The position numbers and the translations under genes are program-made. From Isurus oxyrinchus (taxonomy: Eukaryota), in the NCBI GenBank assembly GCA_026770705.1, contig JANJGN010000138.1:620001-684000 (forward strand): DNA of 64,000 nt, read 5' to 3'. Below the pieces are notes generated by a model. The model was not told where the DNA came from and did not search any database. It worked only from the letters and a program-made list of their open reading frames with translations. The first letter of the stretch is position 1. Every line of letters starts with the position of its first letter. Shown here piece by piece: positions 39,682 through 51,959 of the stretch.

Positions 39682-40364
39682 TTATCCTTTCAGTCAATGC
39701 ATGGTTTTAAATTTAACCAATGACGTCCTGAAACACAGTAGGGAATTAGGAGCCGATGTAATGAAGCCAAACAGGATAACCGTTTCCTTGGGAGGTTCAA
39801 GCGGAAGGAACAATTTGAAATATTGCTGGCGAAAATGATGAGCGCGAGTTGAATTTTTTGCGTCACTGCATGTTCGCCAGGAATGAATGAGGAGGGATAC
39901 GTGTTGCAGTCCTTTTTGATGAGACCCTTGGGTTGACACTTTCTTCAACCCGACACTTTGTGATTTGCACGATGTATAGCATTACTCCGAATGAGCTTCG
40001 TGGTTTTCAGTGTGACGGTGTCACCGGTTCCCACAACAAGCACCATATGATTTTTTTAATCCACTTGAGAAATCTACCTCTGTGCCTTTTGTAGCTTGCC
40101 ACTCCAATTATATCTTACCAAAACCAAAGAATACTGCAAAGGTTTAAAGGCCCAGCGCAGATGCCTGGGCAACAGGAGTTGTCAAATCATACATTGCTGG
40201 TAAGGAACGAGTAGTTGGTTCAAATTAGAATAATTGTGAAATGAAGCCAAGGGGAGGCTGCCGGTCTGCCTCTGAGGGGAATGCGCTGCAGAGGATGAAA
40301 TACCTAACAGGAAAATTGAACAAAAGCTTGTGATATCTCTTGTTCGACAGTGATGGGGAGTAGA

Positions 40365-40444
40365 GGCCGAGTAGCTCTAGAGAGCTCTGTAGCGCATCAG
40401 ACATATAACCTGAGGGTCCAGGCTTGAAGTCCCAGTCTATGGGT
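40365..40444 (+). pseudogene. tRNA-Lys(TTT)-derived pseudogene (duplicate of 37156)
   Basis: gtagcgcatcagacatataacctgagggtccaggcttgaagtccc vs GTAGAGCATCAGACTTTTAATCTGAGGGTCCAGGGTTCAAGTCCC; short insertion in the D arm. Confidence 0.75.
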
Positions 40445-41323
40445 TGCCTTTTGGATCAAGCTGTTGATTGCAAGTAAAACGACAAAAGACAGAAAAATGG
40501 ACGCTGACATCTTCAAGGAGAACTGAAGTAACGTTTCGTTTATTTCCAAGGAAAGATCCACCCTCTCGAAACTGGGGTAGCCTCGATCAATTTATGAATT
40601 GTTACTGGGATTCCTGATGCTCCAAGTGTGATAAGTGCTTCCTGACATATCCGTTATTTGGCACAGTCATTGTGGACCTGTGGCAAAACAAAATGTTAAA
40701 ATTCAATCCCGTTCTTGCCACCAGAGGAAACGACTTCTCTGCGTTTAACCTAACAATTCATTTTAACAGGTTAAAAACTTCAACCAGATCATGCTTCATT
40801 CTCCTGTAATCAAGGGAACAGAAAAAATATGAATCCCTGAAAGTAGAAAAAAAAATTGTGCAGGGATGGAGGGAAGTCGGGGGGATTGACAGTGGGCGAA
40901 TTTCTCCCTCAAAGAGCCAGTACAAGCAGGATAGGGCAAATGGCCTCTCTCTATTCTGTATACATTCTATGTTGATTCGAATCTAGGATAATGAATCTTT
41001 AACTCCAAAAAAACCCTAATGAATTCGGGAATCGCACTGGTGAATCAGCACCGCTTCCATTCCAAGCTCAGTATAATCCTGGTGTTCCCTCTGAGCGGTG
41101 TCTGTAAGAAAATGAGAAAACGGAGCAGGTGTATCATGTGTCTCACGTCTTTTTAAACATTCCAGAACTTTCTGTTTGGATATCCGTTTCAATTGCTCTT
41201 TTCTGAATATTCTCAATTCGTGCTGCTCTACAGCCCTATAGCAAATGAATAATTCCAAACGAGTTTGCTGCAAAATAATCAAACACAGTTCAAAACAGGG
41301 CTGGGTGATGTTGCTTGTAACTT

Positions 41324-41390
41324 AGCGCCGCGGATCGTTTCTTACATATAATATTGCAGACGGTTCAAAGTTCGGTTCTCAATAACGCGG
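41324..41390 (+). pseudogene. Highly decayed tRNA-like remnant (duplicate of 38102)
   Basis: Starts agcgccgcgg (cf. GGCGCCGTGG) and has a gttcg B-box remnant; positional paralog of 38102. Confidence 0.4.
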
Positions 41391-43639
41391 TTATTTATTT
41401 CAAATTAATTAGGTAAAGAGCTGAACATTTTCAAGTTGGGAGGAAGCATATAGAATGACGTGCAAATATAAAGAAGCACAATAGGGTCGAAATTCTCTTC
41501 GAAGCGAACATGCACCCTTGTTCTTAAGAATTGCTCCCTCTTCTTTTCATCCTAATGACCTTGTGGGTTTGCACTGTTACCCGAATGATAACCGGTTCGG
41601 GGTTATTGCAAAAGTTATGCAGTGGATGCCATTTTCTTTTCCTGTTAGACCTTTATCCGCCGCACACACTTTAAAAAAAAAACGATATTACGGGTACATT
41701 TACGAAAGCCTTAAGAGATTTCAGAGGTAATTCTTCCAAAAAAAAAAAGACTTTAAAGATATCTCAATCAACCACAATTTATTTCAGAGCATTTTGTTCC
41801 CCGCTTTCATTCCACCCAGAAACTCTTCTCGACATGGTTCTCACTGAAGAAAAGGGTGACCCTGTGGTATCTGTCAGCGTGCTGGTGATGAGATTTGGGG
41901 CCTTTGCCCAACTGAGACTGGGACAGGGCCCCAGGGAAAAATTGATGCAATGCTTGGAAAATATTAACAACTTTTTTCTTTTATTCTTTTGGGGATGCGA
42001 GAATCGCTCGTAAGGTGATCATTTATTTGTGGAGCCTCCTTCTCCAGTAGGTGTTGTCCACCACCATCCATGAATGCATGTGGCAGGCTTACAGTGCATA
42101 AATCTGATCCGTTGGTTGTGGGATCACCTCGAATACGATTGCCTGTGAGGACAGGAGACAACATACTTAATGATATAAATAAACAAAGAGTATTGTAATG
42201 GGAATAAGATAAACAATTTTTGCAGAAGGTTTTACTTCAGTCTCCGCTGGTGCATCCCCTCTGGTTCTGGTCGCTGCTCTTTAGGAAGGATGGGAAGATG
42301 CGAAGGATGTTGGGAAGAGGGCAGAAAAAAAATCACCAGAATGCTTCTTGGGATGAGGAACATCAGTCACGAAGATATATTTGAGAAGTTAGGACTGATT
42401 CCCTGGGAGAAAAAGAGGCTGAACTGAGCGTTGATAGAGGGATTCAAAATTATGAGAGGCCTGGGAGTGTTCCCGTTCATGAAATGATCAAAATCAAGTT
42501 GATGCAGATTTAAAGTATTTGTTCACAAAAATCAAAAGTGAAACGGAGGAAAAAATAGAAAAAAAAGTCTTTTTTTGAAGAAAATGCTTAGGCCTGGAAT
42601 GCACCCCCTAAGAGGTGGAGGGAGTTTCAAGGGAAGCATTGAAAAGAAGATAAGACTGTTATTTGGAAATGAAGAACGTTCATAAAGGAACGTGGCGGGT
42701 AATGACACAAAGTGAATTGCTCATTCAGAGAAATGGTGCAGACATGATGGGTCGAATGACATTCACCTGCGCTGTGGCAGTTCTGAGCTTCTTTCATTCT
42801 GTGGTTATGATATTGCACACAAAATATATGCCCAGATGAGGTTGTGAACGGCAGCACAGCAACCTCCCGAATGTAACATGGAGGTTAAAATAAGAAACGG
42901 GACAAACCAAACCAGCAAATACACGCTAGAAAGAAAATGGGGACAGATGTTAGGATCTAAATTTGTTGAATTCAATGTTGAGTCTAGGAAGCTGCACATT
43001 ACCCAGTTGGAACACGAGGTGATGTTCCTCGATGTTTGCTGCTGTTAACGCCATTAAGCACCTAGGACATTCTGAATGATGTTGTGCCTGATTTGTGACT
43101 ATCTCAATATAATCGCCATTGCCTCATCTTCCTTAATACCCTCTGATAAAATTCTATGAATCTCAGATTTAAAGTAAAACAGTTACTCGAGCATTATTTT
43201 CTGTATCCAAATGGGAGCTCTGAAGTTCCAGCATCCTTTGTGTGTAGAATTGTTTCATAATTTCCATGCTGGGATCCCTGGCTTTAATTTTTAAACTATG
43301 GCCCTTCATGCGAGTCTTCAAGGAAGTGGAAATAGATTCTTGGATTGATCTTATGTTTCTTCTTGCAACCCGAAACCTTGGATCAAATAATTGCAAAAAT
43401 CACGAGGGAAGATTCGGTACAGCGGCAGTCAGTGGCTTCAAAATAGGTACTGTGCTGTGTTTTAGTGTCCAGAACTGAGGAGCGTTAGGCGTGAGTTCAA
43501 CAAGCAAACAGAGTTGCAGAGCAAGAAAACTGAAAGATTGGCGAGGAGTGAGAGTGAGGAATATGAATTTTGTTCAGGATTCTTTCCAATATGTTTCCAG
43601 GTAGAAAAGGACAGTAGTACAGACACTGGAAAACTGCAA

Positions 43640-44105
43640 GATGAATAAACAGAAAGCTCCGGAAATATTCAGCAGGCCATAGAGCATCTAAGGAGACAAA
43701 AGGCCAGGTCAATAATGTCTTATCAAAATTCAAGAAATATGTGAAAACAACATCTTTTCTACCAGTGGAGTGCGGGAGGGGGTGGGATGTACGAAACAGA
43801 TTGTCAATGGGAGTTGGAGGGCGGGGGGGAGGGGGGGGGATGTGGGTGGGGGGGGGGGCACACTTCATGGTTACAAACATTTTGTAATGCCTGTAGGAAT
43901 AAAATATAATAGCTGTGTCCACATGAGGCTGTGAATGGCCCCTTAGCAACTGTGCGAATTTAACACGAAGGAATAAAGAAAAGAACATGACAAAACAATA
44001 TTGAGGCAGAAGATTGGATCTAAAATTGTCGAATTAAACGTTGAAACCAGACGCCGCTGTCGTACCCCATTGAAAAACCAGGCACTGTTCGTCGAGATTT
44101 GCTCT
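43640..44105 (-). mobile_element. Old Penelope-derived repeat (similar piece at ~42860-43040)
   Basis: ggaaatattcagcaggcc..gcatct terminal motif, and aaattgtcgaattaaacgttga / aaatttgttgaattcaatgttgagtc resembling the reverse complement of the GIY-YIG end (LNIEFNNF). Confidence 0.55.
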
Positions 44106-44979
44106 TGTTAAGACCTTTTATTCGCTGGTGTATGTTCGTTATTCTGAGATCCTGGTTGGTTGGCGTGTACCTCCATATGTTCGTTTACCCCTCATATTCG
44201 TTAAGAACCTCGTTTAAGATAACACTTTGAACCTGCTTTTTAAAATAAAGCCATGGGTTAAATAGAAATTGGCGTGCTCGAAAGTCCTGCTCCCTATGTG
44301 CGCAGAATTGTTTTATAATTCCAGCAGAGAAATCTCGAATTTTCCTACTGTGACTGTGGCCCTATGTCCAGGAATCCCAGCCAGCGGCAAAGGTATATGG
44401 TCTGGTCTTAACCGTTCAAAGTTACAAAAATAAAAATATCGAATCCTTCCTGCAATCATGAGGAAGGAGGACGGCAAAGGGACAGTCAATGTTTTAAACA
44501 TAGGGTATCAGCTATGGTTTACAGAGGGAAATTGAAGAGGGTTAGGAGGGAGTTCAAAAGCCAAGCAGAGATATAGAGGAATACAATTGTAATATTGGCG
44601 AGCAGGAAGAGGGAGGAACGTGAACGGCATTCACCATCTTTCAACTTTTACTCAATGAAAGAAGAAAAATAAATTAATCCCTGAGCCAAGGAGCTGCTGA
44701 TTCATGCCGTGACTTGAAAATAGAACTTGAGTTCGCAGATTCATGGTGTTTACTAAGTGGTAGATGATGGGATAAGTAAATAAATGACAGATGGAAGTTG
44801 ATTGGCAGGATCATGAACAGTTGCCCTCCGAAACTGATCTTTGCTGCAGGGTCAGTTCTCGCCTAATAGCCTAATGATATTTCAGTGGCTAATGATAGCT
44901 GTTACTACAAAATAGGGAGTTAGAAATATAACACAACATGGACAAACTTAATGACAATCTTATTAATTCCAGTCAAGTA

Positions 44980-46040
44980 TATTGGGGTCAAGGGTTTATT
45001 CGAGTCAATTGTATGCTCAGGTCATCTGGACAGTTTGGGCAGGGTGGGCAGTATGTTGGGGTATAGGCCGGTCGGGTGAGCAGCCCGGTCGGGTAAGCAT
45101 TCGGGTCGATGGTCCAGCCAAGCTTGGTGGATGGTCGTGTCCAGGTGCAAAGAGCATAACCCAATAGCTTCAACTGTTTGCTGAGCCCCAATACAGAAAA
45201 ATCATGAAACTGACACAAGCTTCAGTCTCATCCGTCTTTTACACATTCCACCAGTTCTTATAAATCCACTAATTTAAACTGCACTTGCACCTCTGAAAGA
45301 GCAGCAAACCCTTCGCAGCTCACAGGCCATTTGACCCAAAGCACAGAGAAGTGCAGAAAGGTAATGACAACCTTGGTTCCGATTATCCTGCCCTCCCGGC
45401 TGTGTCAAATCAGCATTTGGGAAGCAGTAACTTAGATGTCATTTATGATCAGTAGTTGGGTCGGGGGTCGGTAGCCGGATCGTGGGGGAACTGAGGTCAG
45501 TTGGGCTGTTGGGTCAGTGGGTTGTCAGTTTGGGGTGGGTAGTTAAGATGGGCATGGGTTTTCGGGTCAGATGTGGGTAGCTAGTTGGCTAGGATAAACA
45601 GTCAGGTTGTGTGAGCAGTCAGGTCATGGAGATGGATAATCGGGTTGAATGGGCAATCAGGTCTCATAAGTAGGTAATCAGTTTGGGTGAGCAGTCGGGT
45701 GACACAGGTGGGTAATTGGTTTGGCTGGACACTCCGACCCTGTGTAGTTGTTTTGCTTCAGGTGGGCCGTTGAGTCGGGTGTGTAGTCAGGTTGATACGT
45801 AATTGGGCAAGAGAGTGTCATTGTGTGGCAAGTAGCCAATTCGGGAAAGGGCAATCAGGTTGCGAGGGCAGGGTGTGCTAATTGGGTAAGGAGTAGTCGA
45901 CTTGGAGGACGTAATTGGGTCGGAGAGAGAGTAGTTATGTTGGTTCGGCCGTTGCTTCGGGTGGGCATTCGGATCGGGTAGGCTGTCAGGGCTGAGGATT
46001 TATCCAGGTTTGGCAGGTGATGCTGAGTTGGGGTGTTGGA
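44980..46040. repeat. Degenerate G/T-rich short-unit array (gtag-tcgggt-like), with an unrelated insert at ~45165-45450
   Basis: Recurring gtcgggt, agtcaggt, aatcaggt and aattgggt words at roughly 18-22 bp spacing. Confidence 0.65.
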
Positions 46041-46595
46041 TGTGTTGTGCAGTTCAGTTCTGCTGATTAACCTGTGAGTTATACCAAAGTTTTAACCAGC
46101 CTAACAGTTGCAACATAAGTATGCAGGCAAGTCCCGTATGTCTGACCCCCAATCCTCTTATACTGAGCTGAGAGTGGCAGACGTTGACAGCGGGCCGAGG
46201 GCAGCACAATTCAACCAATCAGGAATTTCAATTTCCGTAGCTATTTCAGCACCTGTGCACGTGACAGGACGCCCGCAGTGTTTGGAATGCGCAACTGGAA
46301 CTTAAATTCACTGTTGCGGGCATTGGAAGTGTTAGGACCGTCGCTGTTCATTAAACTGGCGCTTCACATTTAAGTACCTGCCTTGCAAGGGAGATAGGGG
46401 CAACACAGAGAGGTTTTACTCCAATTCTGAAGCATGTTAATGACGTAACCCGCGTGACAAGATATATAGAAAAAACTACTAGTATAATCCCCGTGGAAAA
46501 TCAGCAGACATTAAATAAATGAAACAAATTGGAAAAGTGGCTTCTGATTCCATTTAAATAAAAATACATTGTCATTGCTGCACAAAGGCCACCAT

Positions 46596-49500
46596 TCAGA
46601 ACTGAAACGTTGGATACAATTTAACTATTATTAGAACGTGGAGAGTTGGTATCATTTTGCATTTTTTAATCAGTATCAAAATTAGTGTCCAAGGAAACGT
46701 CGCTATCTTCTTCAGCTCTTCCCTGAATTTAATTTGTGCAGCCGCATAAATAACGGTGTTTGTGCATGAACTCAAATGCATGAGCATGTGTCCGCTCTGA
46801 TGGGCGATGTACACAGGAGCTGTCTAATCCGGGCATACATGAAGGAGCAAACCACCGACTAAGGAACAAACGACCGCTGTCAACCACAACACTATAAAAC
46901 TAACTGATACAGTGAACAGTAAAATAATAGATTTCCTTCGGTTGTGTATTTCCGGATCACTCTGATTCTCGCTGCTTTGACCCCGGAGCTCGTCTGGCTA
47001 CTAAAACCCATCTGACTGTCAAAGAATTAAGAAGAAATATCAAAGGGAAAGGAATGCAAATCAATAAAATGCTTTGTAGTCAAGTAAATGCACACCAAAA
47101 GGAGATGTGTATAATTCCAGGCTGTGTTGGAGACTCCTTTGAACATTGTTAACTGTTCGCTTAGGTTCAAATGCAAACCAATATGGTATGTTTTCTAAAA
47201 ACGAGAGGGTACAGATTGATGTTTGAACTGTAGCCTTAGTTCGCACTATGCAATATGTTCTCTTAAACTTGTAAATACATATGGAGACAAACTGGTCAAA
47301 TGTGAAGGAGAATGTAAACCAGACCGATAAATACACGTAGGTATTAACTGTGTACATTATGAACTTGCAAATGGGTGTATAGTGCATGATTATTTGTGGA
47401 AAATGCATACCCAGGACTTTATGCATGAGAACATTGTTGAGCATGAGCAGTAGATGGCTGTTGCTATGGACACCATATGGAAAGAAATGCATTTTGAAAG
47501 GCCGCAGTTTCCTCTGGAGAGAATCTCGATTGTCATCAGGTTCGCTGTGGGAAAAAGGGAGAGTAAGTAGGTAGCATGGGCACTCAGGTACATTCCACAG
47601 AACATTATAAGTAATGTTTCTGTGCATTTCTACTCGGCGTTATATCCATATATTTGATTTATAATATTGGCTTGTGTTTTTTGAACTTCCTAAATAAATA
47701 TACGAACATGCACTCTATTGTGCTAAAATAGTTTCCAAGACAGTATTTTTGCGAAAGCCCTTAGGTGAAACAGAGACAAGAAGCATGCTAGGATCTCCAA
47801 AGTTGACATCGGACTTCTGGGAAATGACGCTGTGCACGTAATTGTTAAGAAAACTGAAACTGATTGGGAAATACAAACAGACTTGGAGACGGGATATATG
47901 TATTCAATTAATTTTCAGCAGAACAGGGCCATGTCCATGGGCTCTTGCTAAAGCTGTGTGTCTAAAACTCGTGAAAATCTGTGAGATTACCAAGAGCTGA
48001 TCAGAGTATGTACTAGAGAGTTATGGGATGTTAGGTGAGAGTGCCTGTGTTAATCCTCAGCCATCAGGCCTGTAGTGACCCGAGAGAAAGATGCTTCACA
48101 GAGTTAGGCCTTGTTGATTATAATCATATCCGTGGAGCTGGGATGGAATCATACAGCTGTTGGAGAACATTTGAGAATCGGACACTGCGTGAAGAATAGT
48201 TGAGCACGCTGGACCATGATGGAGTTGTGAGAGACATTTGGACTAAACACAGTGCGAAATATGTGCTTGGAACTAGGCGAGAAATGCTTGAGACTTTCCA
48301 CTGTTGTGTCAGCTACTTCAACTATAATTAATACTTCCTACTGAATACAATTAGCATTTAATTATATATGTTTTGACTTTGTTTTTTTTTCATTTACAAT
48401 AAATGTTTTAAAAAGTAACATCTTGTCCATTGGTTTCTTCCATCGGGCTCCTTGGGGAAGTTCGGTTCTTTCAGGTAATTGATCCTCAAGTGGAGACAGT
48501 AAATCATTGTCTAATGATTAGGCTTCTGCCGCCTCCCATTGAATTTCAGTCTGAAGTTTTCATGATGTGGTAATGAATGTCTCTCGAATTCAGTCTGGAA
48601 ACTTCAGTCTTGGAGAGTATCCCCCAAACTCCTCCTACGACAACCACATTTGGGCTTCGATGCCTCAAGTGTGGCTAATGGTGACTTAGGAAAGAGTGTG
48701 AAACCGGCTAATTCGGATCAGCCTTCCGTCATATATAATCCTCTCTTCCCTTTAAACGAACTTCGTCCCTGGCACTGGAATGAGGCTTGATGGAACAGTT
48801 CAGTGCAAGGCTATCCGTGAGTGCCTCGCAGGGGCAACCAGGTTATCATATAGAATTTTCATAAAAGGAAAATTGGATACTTTTTTAACTTGTAGAATTT
48901 CAACAGCCAAATAATAAACGGTTTTCCTTATATTCAACCTTCCTGCCATCAGCCAGTTGCCATTGAGACACTGAGCAAATTTGACAAATGGCCACTGAGC
49001 ATCCATGTTACACTAAACAGAATTTTACAGTCTGCTCCGTCTGCTAATTTGGAGATGGCGATTCTTCGGGAGGATATCAGATACCAGTGGTGTTCAGTAT
49101 AATTCCCAGGCCATTACAGGAAGCAATAAATTCAAATAAAAATTTCTTCTGAAAAAAAAAGACTATCCAAAGTAATTCAAAACGGTGCCCATTTTCTATC
49201 CGTAATCGATCTGAAAGATTCGCTCAGGAACTGAACTGAACCGAGACATCACAAACAATTCTTTCTGATTGAGGAATGACGAACAGCTTCCTGTTGATCA
49301 AAATATCCTCCCGTCCCCTTCTGGGCGCAGGACGCTGCAGCTCTTGGAATTATCACTGTAAATTAGACAATGGGCCACATTACCTCTCAGATGGTTACCT
49401 TGGATTCTAAGCAGCACATTGTTTAGTGGCCAATGAACCTCTGGAAGACCGAGAAATAAACCTCCATCTTCTTCAATGTGAACAGGAGTGTGAGGTGCTC

Positions 49501-49739
49501 AAAATGTACTGAGCAGCATCGCAGCTTACACCGCAAAGGGCTAGGGCTCCCGCTGCTATTCAGCAATTTATCCCCGTAGAGAAATGTGCTGGCAGTGAGA
49601 CATTCCCGCAATCAGCCACATAATCACTAGCAGTGAAATAGCCAAAAGCTATTGGACAACACTGAATTAGGGGAATAGCAAAGACTGCCAGAATTGGGTA
49701 GTAAATATTCGTTACTTGTAGGATCATTAGCTCGATCAT
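46596..49739 (-). pseudogene. GPR139/GPR142-like class A GPCR pseudogene (exon 1 ~49670-49739; exon 2 from 47544 to ~46596)
   Basis: Exon 1 MIELMILQVTNIYYPILAVFAIP; acceptor tttttcccacag, then ANLMTIEILSRGNCGLSKCIS..; TM3 SVWFTFSFTFDQFVSIC; TM5-6 NSLTVR..SENQSDPEIHNRRKSIILLFTVS; TM7 SSCTNTVIYAAAQIKFREEL. Several frameshifts, an in-frame stop near 46825, and no GT donor after exon 1. Confidence 0.88.
47760..48505 (+). mobile_element. Probable solo LTR in the GPCR intron
   Basis: LTR-like composition with AATAAA at ~48398 and a U5-like tail; no coding motifs; family not identified. Confidence 0.4.
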
Positions 49740-50256
49740 GTTTTTTTTTAGAACGATGCGAGAGCTCACTCAGTTTTCTAATTGTGCTGAGATTCCAGAA
49801 ATGTTTCCCACTGTACAGGTCAATTTGTCTCCCCGTCAGGAAATCAGTTTACACAATAATTCGGATTAGTCATCGTCACTTCACAAACAAGCGGATTATT
49901 TCACTGTTCAGATACCCCGGTGCCTCATTGGGGAAATTTATCAGCTCAGTTCCAGAAACTTTGTCAATTAAAATTAATGATCGGAAAGTAACCACAGAGG
50001 AAATGTATTCTGCGCATAGCCCTTTGAATGTTGAAAGGAACATCTCTCCAGGACAGCCTTGGATTCTATGAGCTTCATATTATTCCGCTGCGATATTTAC
50101 TGAGACATTGCAGAATGTGAACGCCTTCTGGACTGTAATTACATAACTTAAACTTTCTGTCTTCTGTGGCGTCACATCGGGATGACCCAGCGTTAATAAT
50201 TCTGGTGATAATATTGCTCTACAATTAACTTTACTAGAGATATCCGTATTATTCCG

Positions 50257-50513
50257 CTAGTCCCATTGACCTGCCCCTAGCCCATAACCTTCCAGACTTC
50301 TCCTATCCACATATCTATGCAATTTATTCTTGAAACTTAAGAGAGAGCCCGCATTTACCACGTCAGATGGGAGGTCGTTCCACACTCTCACCACTCTCTG
50401 AGTGAAGAATTTCACCCTAATGTTCCCCCTAAACCTTTCCCCTTTCACCCTACAGCCATGCCCTCTTGCGTTTATCTCTCCTAACCTAAATGGAAAGAGC
50501 CTACGCGCATTCA
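50257..50513 (-). mobile_element. Well-preserved CR1 3' end fragment
   Basis: RGHGCRVKGERFRGNIRVKFFTQRVVRVWNDLPSDVV..FKNKLHRY..GAGQWD*. Confidence 0.9.
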
Positions 50514-50728
50514 GACACATAGAAAAACTCATACACACACACTGAACCAATATTGGGAGGGTGTTCACTCTCTCCAGAGAGAGAGAGTGAACAGGGAGTT
50601 TGTTGGTTTTGGACTGGTTTGGGTATATCCTGATGCACATTTATCCTGAGTGAGCTGTATACAGATTCCAACCCTTGATTCTCAGACATGACTGGAATGT
50701 CTCTCAATCTCTCCCCTAGGCGCCCCAT

Positions 50729-50930
50729 CCATTGAATGTTAATCCAAGGACAGGACAGCTTGCTGATCCTGTCCATTCAATGTTAATCCCAGGACAGGGA
50801 ACCTTGCTCATCCTGTCCACTGAATGTTAATCCCAAACAGAACACCTTATTGATCCTGTCCAATGAATGTTGATCTCAGGACATGACACCTTGCTGATAC
50901 TGTCAATTGATGTGTTAATCGAGGACAGGC
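50729..50930. repeat. 44-bp minisatellite, ~4.5 copies
   Basis: Unit ccattgaatgttaatcc(c/a)aggacagg..cttgctgatcctgt repeated head to tail. Confidence 0.9.
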
Positions 50931-51154
50931 ATGGTTTCAACAAGGGCCTGTCTTAATTTCTGGGATAAGTTTAAATCTATATTTCTTACCCTGTTGATTG
51001 TGTTACTCCAGTTCCAAACCCTGATATCACACAAACCCCTAAAACACTGGCAGTAGCCCTCGTCCCCCACGAAACACAGGGAGTGGAAAGAGATTGTTTT
51101 TTTTTTACTGAGGTTGTGTCTTTGGATGTTTTACTGATCTCACTGTCGATTGTA

Positions 51155-51430
51155 CCGTGTGTGAGTGCATCCCTCTGTGTGTGTCTCCCTGAGTGTGTGT
51201 GTCTCTGGGTATGTGTTTGTGTGTGTGTGACTCTGTGTGTGTCTCTGTGAGTGTGTATGTCTGTGTGTGAGTCTCTGTAAGTGTGAGTGTCTCTGTGTGT
51301 GTCTTTGTGTGTGCGTCTCTGTGAGTAGTGTGTGCATCTCTGAGAGTAAGTGTGTGCGTGTCTAGTCTGTCTGTGTGCATCTGTGTGTCTGTGTGTATGT
51401 GTGTGTGCGTGTCTGTGTGTCTGTGTACAT
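51155..51430. repeat. TG/TC-rich low-complexity microsatellite region
   Basis: Directly visible; it produces the spurious His/Thr-rich ORFs. Confidence 0.93.
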
Positions 51431-51959
51431 CTGTCTTCTGAGTATCTCTCTGTCTTCTGCACTCCTATACATTTTCAGGACACACCGGACCCTCCCTGCT
51501 CACCTGAGGAGTCCGAGGACTTGGTGGTAACTCCAGTCACATCACACCCTCTCACCTAGCCATTGCTCACGGAGATGCTGATGACATGCAGGTCAGTGTG
51601 AAACTCCAATCGTTGCTCCGCTGGATTGACTCTACATCAAGGTCAACAATCTCTCAGTAGAGGATTCCTAGGGCACTCATTCTCGGGACAGACCAATACG
51701 CAAAAACTGAATTAAATTCTACATCCTTTGTGTCTTGTTGTTAATAGCTTTTTGAAGCTCTGACAATTGTCCACGTACCTCATGCTCAATTCCAACACAT
51801 GCTGCCTTTTTGAAGACGTTGGTGATATGTCATCATCATGAAGCTTGACATTGCCTTTCCCTCCCATAGCCCTCCAAGTATGGGTATTATTGTCTTTGTC
51901 AGCTGCTTGGGCGTGTCTGTGCTGTTCACCAGATTTTGACTCCTTTACTTATGGAATGT

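Larger units (their letters stand above)
36266..42680 (+). repeat. Tandem duplication of a ~3.2-kb unit (A ~36266-39450, B ~39453-42680) carrying tRNA pseudogenes and a CR1 3' fragment
   Basis: Colinear blocks: acttaatatctcacc..aatcttcaaag (36268/39456), aaatgaagccaa.gggaggctgc (37031/40239), agagctgaacattttca (38203/41417), tttaggaaggat (39046/42280). The CR1 in unit A is cut at aagaacgttcat, marking the junction. Confidence 0.9.

Noticed and set aside
46374-46430. U1 snRNA-like 5' end (gtacctgccttgcaagggagata)
   Set aside because: Similarity is limited to ~23 nt, the splice-site pairing motif is altered and no Sm site follows; may be chance.
50729-50930. CRISPR-like array (palindromic repeats)
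   Set aside because: Units are contiguous with no unique spacers, there are no cas genes, and the context is vertebrate; it is a minisatellite.
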